Source: Caecitellus pseudoparvulus
Lineage: Eukaryota > Protista > Bigyra: Bicosoecida
Length of the DNA stretch: 64,000 nucleotides
Direction of reading: 5' to 3'
NCBI GenBank assembly: GCA_965644315.1
Contig: CBFFRQ010000040.1
Location: 124,001-188,000, forward strand
This document shows positions 10,888-22,364 of this stretch, in pieces (the first letter of the stretch is position 1; the number at the start of each line of letters is the position of its first letter). Made by a program: the position numbers and the translations under genes. The notes beneath the pieces were generated by a model. It did not search any database, was not told the origin of the DNA, and saw nothing but the letters and a program-made list of their open reading frames with translations.

Positions 10888-12836
10888 TCAGTCCTCCTCC
10901 TCCTCCTCATCGCCCTCCTCAATGATGGGGGCAGCGGGGGCCGCATCCCGCGCAGGCTTGGCACGCGTCACGGAACCCCCCGAGAACTCCTCCCCTGACT
11001 CCTCCGCCTTGGTCTTGCTCTGCTTGGACTGGAACAGGTCCGAAGCCTCCAGGATGGGCGCCGCCAGGGTGAGGAAGGTGTTCACGATCTCGATGTCCTC
11101 ATCGCTGAAGGCGGCCAGTGTGCCGCTCTTGTTGATCAGCTGAATGACGCCCACCACCTGAGGGCCCGAGGCAGAGCCGGCAGCAGCAGCCCCTGCAGCG
11201 GCGCTGGCGCCGCGTGCACTGCCCAGCAGCGGCATGCACAGGATCTGCCGCGTGCGGAAGCCAGACTTCTTGTCAAAGGCCTGGTTGAAACGCTCATCCT
11301 CGTAGGCGTCCTTGATGGTGATCATCTTGCCTGACGTGGCCACTGCACCAGCAATGCCCTTGTCGATGGGAATGCGGATGTCCACGTCGCCCTGCATCGC
11401 CCACAGCTCCTTGCTCTTGTGGTTGGCCAGGAAAAACGTGCAGCGCTCGGCGTCAACCAGCGCCGGTGCGCGCTGCGTGATGGTGAACATCAAACTGTTG
11501 ATGCCCAGGTTGCTGTACATGCTCTTGATGACTTCGATGAGGGCCCGCACCTTCTCCTGGGAGCGGCGGCTCTGCGACGCGGCGCGAAGGGGTCCGTGCA
11601 GCGTGCGCTCTGGCACGCTCGTGAAACGCGCCAACGCACCGTCTTGTACAGCTCTGCGTTGCGCAGGGCGATGCCGGCCTGGGCTGCGAGGATGTTCGCA
11701 ACCTCCACATCCATGTCGCTGAAGGGAATGCGGCTGTCCTTGTTCTCTGTGCGGGGGGAGTGCCGTGTGCCGAGTGGCGTGGTGTGCGGCCGCCCGCTGC
11801 GTTGCCACGCACTGGGGTCCTTCAGCTTGTTGATGACCTGCAGCACGCCGACGATGGCGCCCTGTCCATCCCGCACCGGTGCCGCCAGCACGGATTCTGT
11901 GCGGTAGCCTGACTTTTTGTCAAAGGTCGAGTCGAAGCGTGCGTCCTCATACGCGTCCTTGATGTTCTCCAGCTCGCCGCTGGCCGCCACGGTGCCGGCG
12001 ATGCCCTTGCCCACAGGCACTCGGATGCCAGAGGCGCCCTCTGCCACCATGATCTCCAGCTGTTCCCCAGTCTCGTCCATCTGGCGCGTGGAGGGGGGTG
12101 TGGCTGTGCGTGAGGGGGGCACAGGCGGCGGCCCAGCGCTGTGCGCCGCACCTTGAAAATGGTGGCGCGGTCTGCAGACAGGATGCCGCACGCCTCGCTG
12201 ATGATGTTCACGGTGGCCTTGATGGGGTCCAGCTCCATGGCGATGCTGCGAGACGCCTTGATCAGGTTCTCCAGCAGCGTCAGGCGCCCCTCAACGCCGG
12301 CGTCACCGGCGCCAGGTGCAGCGGCGCCAGCACCGCCCGCTGCCGCCGCAGCAGAGGAGGAGGCGGGGACGGCCTGCAGAGGGTTGGCATAGCAACTCTT
12401 CAGGAACTCGTCGTTGGCCTTGGGGTCGTAGGCGTCGCTGCCGCGCTGTGCGTGGAGGGGGTGTGGCAGGCGTGGCCGCGAGGCGTGGCGAAGTGTGTGA
12501 CAGCCGCTTGCCTTACCTGCTTGATCTTGTGATCCAGCACATCACGCAGGAACACCAGCGGGTCCTCGGGGCGCTTGAACAAGACCTGCACAGGCACGCG
12601 GCGGTGGTGGTCGTGGAATGCAGTGGAGCCGGGAGCAGCGGCGGGAAAAGGTGGAATTGCAACCGCCTGGTGCAGTGCACATGCGCCGTTCGCCGTCTCT
12701 CAGCCGCGCATGCAGGCGACAAAGCAAACCCGACACACACCTCGGCACTGAGGTACTCTGCCAGAGACTTGAAGTTCTTCTCCTGCAGGTACTCGGCGGC
12801 TCCTGACGCGAACTGCGCGTCGGCACCACTCGCCAT
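10888..12836 (-). CDS. Spliced tandem-GAF domain protein with N-terminal RIIa/Dpy-30-like docking motif
   Basis: Two GAF repeats (GKGIAGTVA...NIKDAYEDARF...DKKSGYRT..VL..P....GVLQVINK; KGIAGAVA...DAYEDERFN..FDKKSGFRT) spread over several frames separated by GT..AG introns. N-terminal exons EYLQEKNFKSLAEYL / VLFKRPEDPLVFL. Confidence 0.75.
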
Positions 12837-13054
12837 GGTGCTGAGCTGGTGTGAGCGCGAGCTGGTGCAGGGGGCGGCTGGCAGGCTCCGTGGTGTGGGC
12901 TGTGCGCGGCAAGCAGCGGCGCAGGGATGTTGGGGGTTTGTGGCGGGTGAAATGTGCATTGCCCAGCCTGCGGCCCATGCGCCGCCAGTGGTGGGAGGGG
13001 GGGGAAGGCTCACCGAAGTGCGAACGGAGCCAAGCTTTTCGCGCCGCGTGGAGC

Positions 13055-14245
13055 TCAGTGTGTGGACTCTGGAGTCACCCGCTGACGCAGAGAGTGTTCG
13101 CCCTGGGCTGTGCCATGCCCCTCCTCGTCGCTGTCAGAGGCGCAGGGGGACTGCTGTGTGTCCCGGCCAGCTTCGGGGCGGCGGGGGCACAACGGTAGAA
13201 AACCACGCACAGGCGTGCCGGCCTGGGCAAAGTCACCGCTGTGGGCCGCATGGATGGTGCTGTACTGATAGAAGGGCAGCCAGGGAAAGGCGTGGTGCAC
13301 GTGGTGCCAGTTCTGGTTCAGCAGCAAAACGCTCGCAACGCCGTCCCACCACCCGCCACACTGCAGCACTGACGTGGCCAACATGCGCTGCTGGGTGTGG
13401 TGGGGCCGGTGGGGCAGGTAATCAAACGCAAATGCAAGTAGGGTGATGGCGATTTGGGCCGGCAGCAACCAGTATGCGACGGCGCTTCTCCAGTGACCAG
13501 CCCAGCACATGTACCCAAACGCACCGTACACAGCGGCGATCGTCGCCAGCGCTTCCAGCGTTTCGCCCCACTTCCGCGCACCACGCAGCAACAAGGATAT
13601 GTACACATACTCATAGTGCCTGTTCTGTGTGGCCCAGCGCAGAGGCAGGGCCCATGCAGGGCCGCTGCCACTCCATTGATCTGGGTCCTTTGTCGGGTGA
13701 TTCAGGTGCCGGTGGTGCTCCAGGTGCACGTACCGAAACGCAGCAAATGGCGCCATGAGCGCCGTAGCGCAGACAGAACCCACCACGTGGTTCAGGGCCC
13801 CCAGCCCGCTGCGTGTTGTGAAGATCGCGCTGTGAGACGCGTCGTGCATAGGCGTGAACAGCACGTAGCACGTGCCCGCCAACGCCGCCACAGCCGCCGC
13901 AGGGGGGAGCAGCGGCGTGCCTGACACAAGCTGGTCCCACAGCACGGCGGCATGGGCCCCCACTGCCCCCGCGAACAGAGCAACCGTTGGCCACGCAACT
14001 GAGTGTACGGGGAGCAAAGGAGGGTGTGCAGGGAAGGGGTGGCTCTGGCTTGCGCAGTGCGGCAGGGGGGCCACGGGCTGCAGCAAGGGGAAGGAAGGTA
14101 CGCCACGCACTTGTCGGACCGGTTCGCTCTGCCTTGGTGAGCTTGAACGGCAAGCGTGTACCCTCCGACATTGTGTGGCAAGCGCCGCGACGAGGTGTGC
14201 TCCTTGCACAGCGCGTTGAGCGGTGGAAAGGGAGGAAAGGTGCAC
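13055..14245 (-). CDS. Membrane fatty-acid desaturase / CrtR-like hydroxylase
   Basis: Three His boxes HDASH, HLEHHRH, HHVHH plus hydrophobic segments; the 5' end and true start are uncertain. Confidence 0.8.
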   Translation of the reverse strand: MHLSSLSTAQRAVQGAHLVAALATQCRRVHACRSSSPRQSEPVRQVRGVPSFPLLQPVAPLPHCASQSHPFPAHPPLLPVHSVAWPTVALFAGAVGAHAAVLWDQLVSGTPLLPPAAAVAALAGTCYVLFTPMHDASHSAIFTTRSGLGALNHVVGSVCATALMAPFAAFRYVHLEHHRHLNHPTKDPDQWSGSGPAWALPLRWATQNRHYEYVYISLLLRGARKWGETLEALATIAAVYGAFGYMCWAGHWRSAVAYWLLPAQIAITLLAFAFDYLPHRPHHTQQRMLATSVLQCGGWWDGVASVLLLNQNWHHVHHAFPWLPFYQYSTIHAAHSGDFAQAGTPVRGFLPLCPRRPEAGRDTQQSPCASDSDEEGHGTAQGEHSLRQRVTPESTH

Positions 14246-14645
14246 GGATACCAGTGAAATATGAGAGGAATGATTATTGAAGTTCAGACACTGAAGCTGG
14301 GTGTGGTTTGCAGATCAGTCAAATTTGTACGGGGCGCTGACGTTGCAGCGGGAAGGTGCGGAAATTGGTTGCCATCCAAAGCCCCCCTCTGCGCACAGCC
14401 GCTACGGGCGCGCAAGGAGGAGGCAGAGGCAAATCTGAATCGATTCAGATTGCACAGAGTAGCAATCCGTCTGTGGACGTGTTAAGCAGGGCAGGTGCTC
14501 TCTAGGAAGCGTGCTGCGGTGCTGGGCGTGAATGTGCAGTGCACTTTGCGGGTTTGTAGGATCTGAGACTCCCACTGCCGTTTGGACGCCTGCGAGACGC
14601 GGCTACCATTGAGAGGCCTGCCAGAGTTTTGAACTATAAGCAACT

Positions 14646-16436
14646 ATGTCACCTATTCAGCGTTGCATCATCCCATTCATCTTCCTGGCGGCTGCCAGGC
14701 TTGCCAGCTCGAGCCCAGGCGACCTGGCTGCTCGACTGGCTTCACCTCCATCCCTCCTCCAGGCGCTCCGGGACGCCGCCACGGCCCAATCTGCTGGACT
14801 AGAGAATGCGCTGCATAAGGCACATCGCACCGCCCTGCGAGGAGCGCCCTCTGGCCCCGTGCGAAATACCACCTCTGGTCTGGTGGCTGGCCTCACCGTC
14901 GGGTCCACGGCCAGCTTCCTGGGCATCCCATTCGCCAGTCCCCCCGTGGGCAGTGCAAGGTGGCAACCACCACGCCCAGTACAGCCATGGGAGGGCGTGC
15001 GCCCCGCCAACGCGTTCGGCCCCGCCTGTGCCCAGCACGCCAATGCCTTCACCATCGCCTCAAACGTGTCAGAAGACTGCCTGTACCTGAACGTGTACAC
15101 GCCGCTGAACGCCAGCCACGCCGCGCTGCCCGTGCTGGTGTTCTGGTACGGTGGCTCCTGGGAGTCAGGCAACGCGGGCTTCCCCCTGTACTGGGGCAGT
15201 CAGGATGTGGAGTTGCTGCCAGAAGTGGTCATCGTCACCACCAATTACCGCCTGGGCCCATTCGGTTTCCTGGCCTCGCCCTCCCTGGCGGCACAGGACC
15301 CCGACGGGTCCACCGGCAACTACGGCATCCAGGACCAGCGAGCGGCTTTGCAGTGGGTGCGCGCCAACATCGCCTTCTTCGGCGGTGACCCACGCCGCGT
15401 CACCATCGCCGGACAGAGCGCCGGCGCCGGCAGTGTGTCCAACCACCTCGTCATGCCGCGGTCGGCAGGGCTGTTCGCAGGCGCCATCACCGAGTCGGGG
15501 CCCTTTGCCCCCTGGTCTGCACAGACGCTGGCGCAGAGTTCGGTGAAGTTCCTGGACATGGCGGGCGCACTGGGCTGTGCCGCCGCCACTAACGCCTCGG
15601 CACTGACTGACCCGGCAGTGCTGCGCTGCCTGCGCTCAGCCACGACGCAGGAGCTGCTGCACGCGACAGGTGCAGTGCCTGGGTCTGGTCTCCTGACGTG
15701 GTCGCCTGTGGTGGACGGCGTGGAGCTGGCAGCGACCCCGGCTGACCTCGCCGCAGCGGGCCGCATCGTGAACGCTGTCCCCGTCTTGCAGGGCTCAAAC
15801 CTGAACGAAGGCAGCATGTTCACAGACGCCTGGGCCGCCCACGACATCACGCCAGCACAGTTCGAGACGGCCCTGAGCAAGTGGCTGCTCGGCAACGCCA
15901 CGGCAGCTGCACAAGTGGCGCGGCTGTACCCCCCCTCCGCCTACAACGACACGTGGTGGGCATTTTCCGCGGCCCTGGGCCAAGGCACCGTGAACTGCCC
16001 CACGCGCACCAGTGCACGGGACCTCGCAGCTGTGGGCGTGCCCGTGTACCAGTACTACTACACACACGAGCTGGCGTTGGTGCGGGAGCTGCTTGCCTCC
16101 CAGCGCCTGGGCGTGTGCCACGGCTCAGAGCTGGTCATGGTGTTCCAGCTGCGCGAGTTGCTGTGGAGTGCCGCTGAGCGGGAGCTGGGAGATGCATTCC
16201 TGCGGTACTGGTTCAACTTCGTCGCGACGGGGGACCCCAACGACGCCCACCTGCCGCACTGGCCTGTCTGGGACGCCAGTGAGCCAGTGCAGGTGCTGGA
16301 CACGCCGGGAGCAGGGGGGGAGCCTGGCATTCGCACGGAGCGGCGTCTGCTGTCGGCCCAGTGCGACTACTGGCAGGCGAACCCACTGCCGGCCGGCGTC
16401 ATGTTCGGCACGCCGACCAAGCCACCGATTAACTGA
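14646..16436 (+). CDS. Secreted type-B carboxylesterase
   Basis: Signal peptide; FLGIPFASPP, SEDCLYLNVYTP, GNYGIQDQ, FGGDP..VTIAGQSAG (catalytic Ser), CHGSEL. Confidence 0.92.
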   Translation: MSPIQRCIIPFIFLAAARLASSSPGDLAARLASPPSLLQALRDAATAQSAGLENALHKAHRTALRGAPSGPVRNTTSGLVAGLTVGSTASFLGIPFASPPVGSARWQPPRPVQPWEGVRPANAFGPACAQHANAFTIASNVSEDCLYLNVYTPLNASHAALPVLVFWYGGSWESGNAGFPLYWGSQDVELLPEVVIVTTNYRLGPFGFLASPSLAAQDPDGSTGNYGIQDQRAALQWVRANIAFFGGDPRRVTIAGQSAGAGSVSNHLVMPRSAGLFAGAITESGPFAPWSAQTLAQSSVKFLDMAGALGCAAATNASALTDPAVLRCLRSATTQELLHATGAVPGSGLLTWSPVVDGVELAATPADLAAAGRIVNAVPVLQGSNLNEGSMFTDAWAAHDITPAQFETALSKWLLGNATAAAQVARLYPPSAYNDTWWAFSAALGQGTVNCPTRTSARDLAAVGVPVYQYYYTHELALVRELLASQRLGVCHGSELVMVFQLRELLWSAAERELGDAFLRYWFNFVATGDPNDAHLPHWPVWDASEPVQVLDTPGAGGEPGIRTERRLLSAQCDYWQANPLPAGVMFGTPTKPPIN

Positions 16437-16646
16437 GGAGCAAAAGGGAGTGAAATTGCGTTAGCGTGAAGTTAAGAGCGGCGGCACTGCGTGAGTGCGA
16501 GCACATTGCTGCGGAGTGTGTTCTGTAGGAAGATCTTGGGGTGAGACGCTGTGGGGTCAAGCCGCGTCAGAGTTGCCAAGACGTGCGCAGGTGGGTTAGG
16601 GAGGCAATGCAGAGGGTCACTTCGAATTGCTGGCCTCACTGATGCT

Positions 16647-19600
16647 CTAGCGACGAGAGTTGCTCTGAGGTCTAGATGCGGTAAATGACACTCTATCCCG
16701 CTCGTCAAAACTGTCGAATGAGACTGGTCTGTTGGCATTCAACAGCGCCAGACCAGATGGAAGGTCTCTTCGCGCTGCCTGTTGGAGTGGGCTTTGAGGA
16801 ATCAACGAAGGTAAACGGGGCTTAGCCACAGCTCTTCCTGACTTTTGGGAGCCACGTGCGGCTAGTGGAAGCACCGGCGAGTCTGGAGCGCGCCGAGGCT
16901 GAGCAGTGACAGGTTTCTGTGTTTGCTTTGAACCATGACTTGGCACCGAAACACTGTCACGTTTGAACAACGGATTTGTTCCCTGAAGCCTTCGCCCGCT
17001 TTCCACGCCAGCAAGAGGGTTCGGCTGCAGGGGCAGCTTGGCACTCTTGCTTGCACTGCTGTGTGATGGCAATCGGGCTGCACTGCCAGACGGCATGGCA
17101 ATCAGGGTTGACCCAGAGTCACCCAACACACCCGCCATGCCAGTCTCCACGGTCAGTCCCTGCTCCTGTACCATGCCCAGCACGCTCAGCACATCCGACG
17201 CTGGGCGGGACGCTGCCGGCCGCACCTCGCCTCGCCGCACACACCGCTGCACCAACGCCCACACAATGCTGCCCACACCCGGCACCTGACTGTCAGCCAC
17301 ATCGCCCAGCTGACCACTGCTGCCGCTTCCTGCACTGGCTGGCCCCAGCTCAGGCAGCAGCGCTCGCAGGCGCCGACCCACACGTGCCAGCAGCGCTCGC
17401 ACTCGGCCACTGTACCCTCGCGCAACAGCCATCGCCAGCCACAGCAGCACAAGCACATGCCCGATGCCGGAGATGATGGATGCAGCAGTGGCCAGTCCGC
17501 CACCCGCCGTGCCCACACCCACACATACCACCTGCACGAGGATGCCGCCATGGGCCAGGACATCCAGGTCGCTCAGCTCAGTCAGCGCCCATGGCCGACG
17601 GTGCTGCACGAGGGCCATGCTGCCCGCCATACCCACACCCACACACACGAGGCGAGCCACGATGGATGTCGTCATGCTGCCCATGACTGCCACCAGCACG
17701 ACGAGGGCCATTTGCAGGGCAGGGAAGGCGTGTGTGGGCAGGAAGCGCCCGGCACCCCAGCAGGCACGCTCACTGGCGCGTGCTGCAGCGACAGCTGCTG
17801 CCTGGAGTGCCTTATCTGCCCCAGTGATATGTGCGAGGCGCACCGCTTGCTGTGGCGTGTACTGCATGCGGTACCCTTTGCTGCAAAAGCCTGGTACCGA
17901 GGCAGTCCGCGGCAGCAGGTGTTCCGACCTCCGCCACTGCCGCCACGCCAGCACACTCAGCACACCCACCGTGGCAGCCAAGCACTGCAACGTCAGTGAG
18001 GCAGCATAGCCGCCCACGTCAGCCGCATGCCCAGCGACATCGTCCGGACTGGACATGCCACGCCAGACTGGCTGCAGCCCCACGACGCGGGCCTGGCCCT
18101 GGATGACACTGGGCACCACCTGCATGTATGCCGCTGGCGCCAGGAGCAGGAGGATGGTGGTCCAGGTCTTGCCAGGTGCCGGTCGAGCGCACCACAGCAC
18201 AGAGACACTGATGCACAGCAGCACGCCGCCGTACACGGCCATGGTGATGTTGGCCATGTCATGCGGGCTGCGGCTGTCGCCTCCGCCCACGAGACACCCT
18301 GCGCTTGGCATTGTCGCGACGCCAGCTCGCCCTGTGAGTGCGCCCAGGATGCCCAGGACATCCACCCCTTGGGCTGACTCAGGCTGGTTTGCGTACATGG
18401 TGCTGTTGGGCAGCATGACCTGCTCTTGGCCTGCTCGCCAGGGCTGGGCCATGCCACAGACGTCGGCCCAGTGGCCCAGGGTGTGGGCTGTCGCTTGCAG
18501 TGTGCCTGGCATGTCGGCAGCCAGCAGCGCCACCTGCCCCGCCATGCCGATGTACCACATGGCCAGGCGCAGGCCGCCACTGAACAGGGTCGTCGCGACA
18601 CGATCTGGAGCACGCGCATACCCGTGCACTGCGAACAGGGACATGGCCAGCCCCAGCAGTATCTGAGCGACTGTCGTGCCAGCCTTGACGACATCTGGTG
18701 TCACGCCACTGTAGGGGCACTGGCGGCATGTGGTGCAGGGTGAGGTAGCAGCCCAGCCGTCGGCACAGGCTTGGCATGCGAGGCCGCGGTGTCCAGGCTG
18801 GCAGCCCGTGAGGAGGCGCACGTCGGAGTGGGGGAGGCATGAGCCTGGTCGAGGGCAGGGGAGGATGAGGGCTTGTGGTGATGAGCAGTGATCAGTACAA
18901 GCGAGCTGTGCTGGGAAGCGGGGGACGGTGTAGGGGGCTACTGAGGGGTTGATGGATGGGTGGGTGAGTGCCCATGCTGATCGGGGTGGAGGTGGCTGGG
19001 ATGCGGGGGTTGGGCTTGGTGTTGTTGATACGCTGGGCATTGTTGCGGATGTGGTGGTGGGAGAGCTGCTGGGGTTCGGAGACGGCGATGGGGACTTCGT
19101 GGGGTTGGGTGATGGCGAAGGCAGTGGCTCGCGTTGCCCTGGTACACACCCGACATCCACAACGGTCGGACAAGTACCAGCTATACAACTCCAAACACCG
19201 TGTAACGTGCTTCCCACACAGGAGCCCTCGCCAGTGCATGAGATGCTGCAGTGGCCAGTCAACGTTGGGTGAGTGCAGAACAAGCTGGAGTTAGTGCAAG
19301 AATAGCTCCCTGAGCAGTTCACAGATGCACCGTCCTGCAAGAGAAGCGTGTCGTCGTCCGAAGCGGTTGAACAGCTGAGTGGTTCATCACAGTTAAGTGT
19401 TGTGCTGTTAAGAGGGGATGCTGTGGGGCAGCCTCTGCACATGCAGAGCTGGGGGCTGGGCTGGAGCGGGCCATCGTGCAAGGTGCACTTGATTGCTGAG
19501 GGGGGGGTGGATGGGCATCCTCCTGCAAAGGGGGAATCGATGACGAAGAGTTGCGAGAGGCCAGGTAGAGAGTTGAACACGCCTTCAGGCAGGCTGGTCA

Positions 19601-22217
19601 GAGCATAGTTGTAGCTTAGGTACAGGTCTGTGAGATTGGTGAGGCTGTCAAAGACTCCAGGCGGCAAGCTAGTCAGCGCAGCATTGTTACTCAGGTCCAA
19701 GACTGTGAGGCTGGTGAGGCTGTCAAAAACTCCAGGCGGCAAGCTGGTCAGCGCAGCATTGTTACTCAGGTCCAGGCCTGAGAGGCTGGTGAGGCTGTCA
19801 AAAACTCCTGCCGGCAAGCTGGCCAGAACAGCATTGTTGCTCAGGTCCAGGAATGTGAGGCTGGTGAGGCTGTCAAAGACTCCTGCCGGCAGGCTGGCCA
19901 GCACAGCATTGTTGCTCAGGTCCAGGAATGTGAGGCTGGTGAGGCTGTCAAAGACTCCAGGCGGCAAGCTGGTCAGCGCAGCATTGTTACTCAGGTCCAG
20001 GCCTGAGAGGCTGGTGAGGCTGTCAAAGACTCCAGGCGGCAAGCTGGTCAGCGCAGCATTGTTATTCAGACTCAGGCCTGAGAGGCTGGCGAGGCTGTCA
20101 AAGACTCCAGGCGGCAAGCTGGTCAGCGCAGCATTGTTGCTCAGGTCCAGGCCTGTGAGGCTGGTGAGGCTGTCAAAGACTCCTGCCGGCAAGCTGGCCA
20201 GAGCAGCATTGTTGCTCAGGTCCAAGAGTCTGAGGCCGGTGAGGCTGTCAAACATGCCTGGCGGCAAGCTGGCCAGGTCGGGCCCGCGAATGGCCAGGCG
20301 TGCGAGGCTGGCGAGACCACCAAACACTCCTGCCGGCAAGCTGGTCAGAGCAGCATTGATGCTCAGGCTCAGATCTGTGAGGCTGGTGAGGCTGTCAAAG
20401 ACTCCTGCCGGCAAGCTGGCCAGAGGAGTGCCGTCCAAGCTCAGATCTGTGAGGCTGGTGAGGCTGTCGAACACGCCTGGCTGCAGGCTGGTCAGAGGAG
20501 TGCCATCCAGGCTCAGATCTGTGAGGCTGGTGAGGCTGTCAAAGACTCCTGCCGGCAAGCTGGTCAACGCAGCATTGCTGCTCAGGCTCAGATCTGTGAG
20601 GCTGGTGAGGCTGTCAAAGACTCCTGCCGGCAAGCTGGCCAGAGGAGTGCCGTCCAAGCTCAGATCTGTGAGGCTGGTGAGGCTGTCGAACACGCCTGGC
20701 TGCAGGCTGGTCAGAGGAGTGCCATCCAGGCTCAGATCTGTGAGGCTGGTGAGGCTGTCAAAGACTCCTGCCGGCAAGCTGGTCAACGCAGCATTGCTGC
20801 TCAGGCTCAGATCTGTGAGGCTGGTGAGGCTGTCGAACACGCCTGCCGGCAAGCTGGCCAGAGGAGTGCCGTCCAGGCTCAGATCTGTGAGGCTGGTGAG
20901 GCTGTCAAAGACTCCTGCCGGCAAGCTGGTCAACGCAGCATTGCTGCTCAGGCTCAGATCTGTGAGGCTGGTGAGGCTGTCGAACACGCCTGGCTGCAGG
21001 CTGGTGAGAGCATTGCTGCTCAGGCTCAGATCTGTGAGGCTGGTGAGGCTGTCAAAGACTCCTGCCGGCAAGCTGGTCAACGCAGCATTGTTACTCAGGT
21101 CCAGGAATGTGAGGCTGGTGAGGCTGTCAAAGACTCCTGCCGGCAAGCTGGTCAACGCAGCATTGTTGCTCAGGCTCAGATCTGTGAGGCTGGTGAGGCT
21201 GTCAAAGACTCCTGCCGGCAAGCTGGCCAGAGGAGTGCCGTCCAAGCTCAGATCTGTGAGGCCGGTGAGGCTGTCAAAGACCCCAGGCGGCAAGCTGGTC
21301 AACGCAGCATTGTTGCTCAGGCTCAGATCTGTGAGGCTGGTGAGGCTGTCAAAGACTCCTGCCGGCAAGCTGGTCAACGCAGCATTGTTACTCAGGTCCA
21401 GGAATGTGAGGCTGGTGAGGCTGTCAAAGACTCCTGCCGGCAAGCTGGTCAACGCAGCATTGCTGCTCAGGCTCAGATCTGTGAGGCTGGTGAGGCTGTC
21501 GAACACGCCTGCCGGCAAGCTGGCCAGAGGAGTGCCGTCCAGGCTCAGATCTGTGAGGCTGGTGAGGCTGTCAAAGACTCCTGCCGGCAAGCTGGTCAAC
21601 GCAGCATTGCTGCTCAGGCTCAGATCTGTGAGGCTGGTGAGGCTGTCGAACACGCCTGGCTGCAGGCTGGTGAGAGCATTGCTGCTCAGGCTCAGATCTG
21701 TGAGGCTGGTGAGGCTGTCAAAGACTCCTGCCGGCAAGCTGGTCAACGCAGCATTGTTACTCAGGTCCAGGAATGTGAGGCTGGTGAGGCTGTCAAAGAC
21801 TCCTGCCGGCAAGCTGGTCAACGCAGCATTGTTACTCAGGCTCAGATCTGTGAGGCTGGTGAGGCTGTCGAACACGCCTGGCTGCAGGCTGGTAAGAGCA
21901 GTTGCGCTCAACGTCAGACTTCGAAGGCTGGTGAGGCTGTCAAAGACTCCTGCCGGCAAGCTGGCCAGCACAGCATTGTTGCTCAGGTCCAGGAATGTGA
22001 GGCTGGTGAGGCTGTCAAAGACTCCTGCCGGCAAGCTGGTCAACGCAGCATTGCTGCTCAGGCTCAGATCTGTGAGGCTGGTGAGGCTGTCAAAGACTCC
22101 TGCCGGCAAGCTGGCCAGAGGAGTGCCGTCCAGGCTCAGATCTGTGAGGCTGGTGAGGCTGTCAAAGACTCCTGCCGGCAAGCTGGTCAACGCAGCATTG
22201 CTGCTCAGGCTCAGATC
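16647..22217 (-). pseudogene. 3' part of interrupted LRR receptor-like gene (LRRs, Cys-rich cap, Ser/Pro/Thr stalk, EGF-like Cys cluster, multiple TM helices, cytoplasmic tail)
   Basis: LxxLPxGVFDSLTSLTxLxLxxN repeats followed by Cys-rich and hydrophobic segments. The repeat pattern breaks abruptly at 22219/22220 and resumes at 48613. Confidence 0.85.
19540..22217 (-). repeat. Near-identical 72/75-bp coding tandem repeats (~36 LRR units)
   Basis: Recurring gtgaggctggtgaggctgtcaaagactcctgccggcaagctgg core with higher-order duplicated blocks. Confidence 0.95.
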
Positions 22218-22320
22218 TGCCGTCGTGAGATTTTCGGGGGGGGGGCGACATGCCTTTGGGGGGTTGCCCTCGAAGGGGTATAGGGGGTGGGGCAAACTCC
22301 TTTTTGTGGGGGTGGGGCAG

Positions 22321-22364
22321 ACACCCACTTTGGGGGGGGGTGGTGCAAACACCCACTTTGGGGG
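22321..22364 (+). repeat. Subterminal direct repeats ACACCCACTTTGGGGG x2
   Basis: Copies at 22321-22336 and 22349-22364, near the left transposon end. Confidence 0.6.

Noticed and set aside
1-16436. Numerous overlapping alternative-frame ORFs in host DNA
   Set aside because: Expected in GC-rich sequence with few stop codons; no recognisable motifs.
19540-22217. CRISPR-like array
   Set aside because: Repeats are in-frame coding LRRs without unique spacers; eukaryotic context and no cas genes.
22220-22352. N-terminus of the 1901-aa ORF (MFAPPPPKVG...)
   Set aside because: Read-through of transposon end sequence; the real 5' part of the gene is at 48613-49593.
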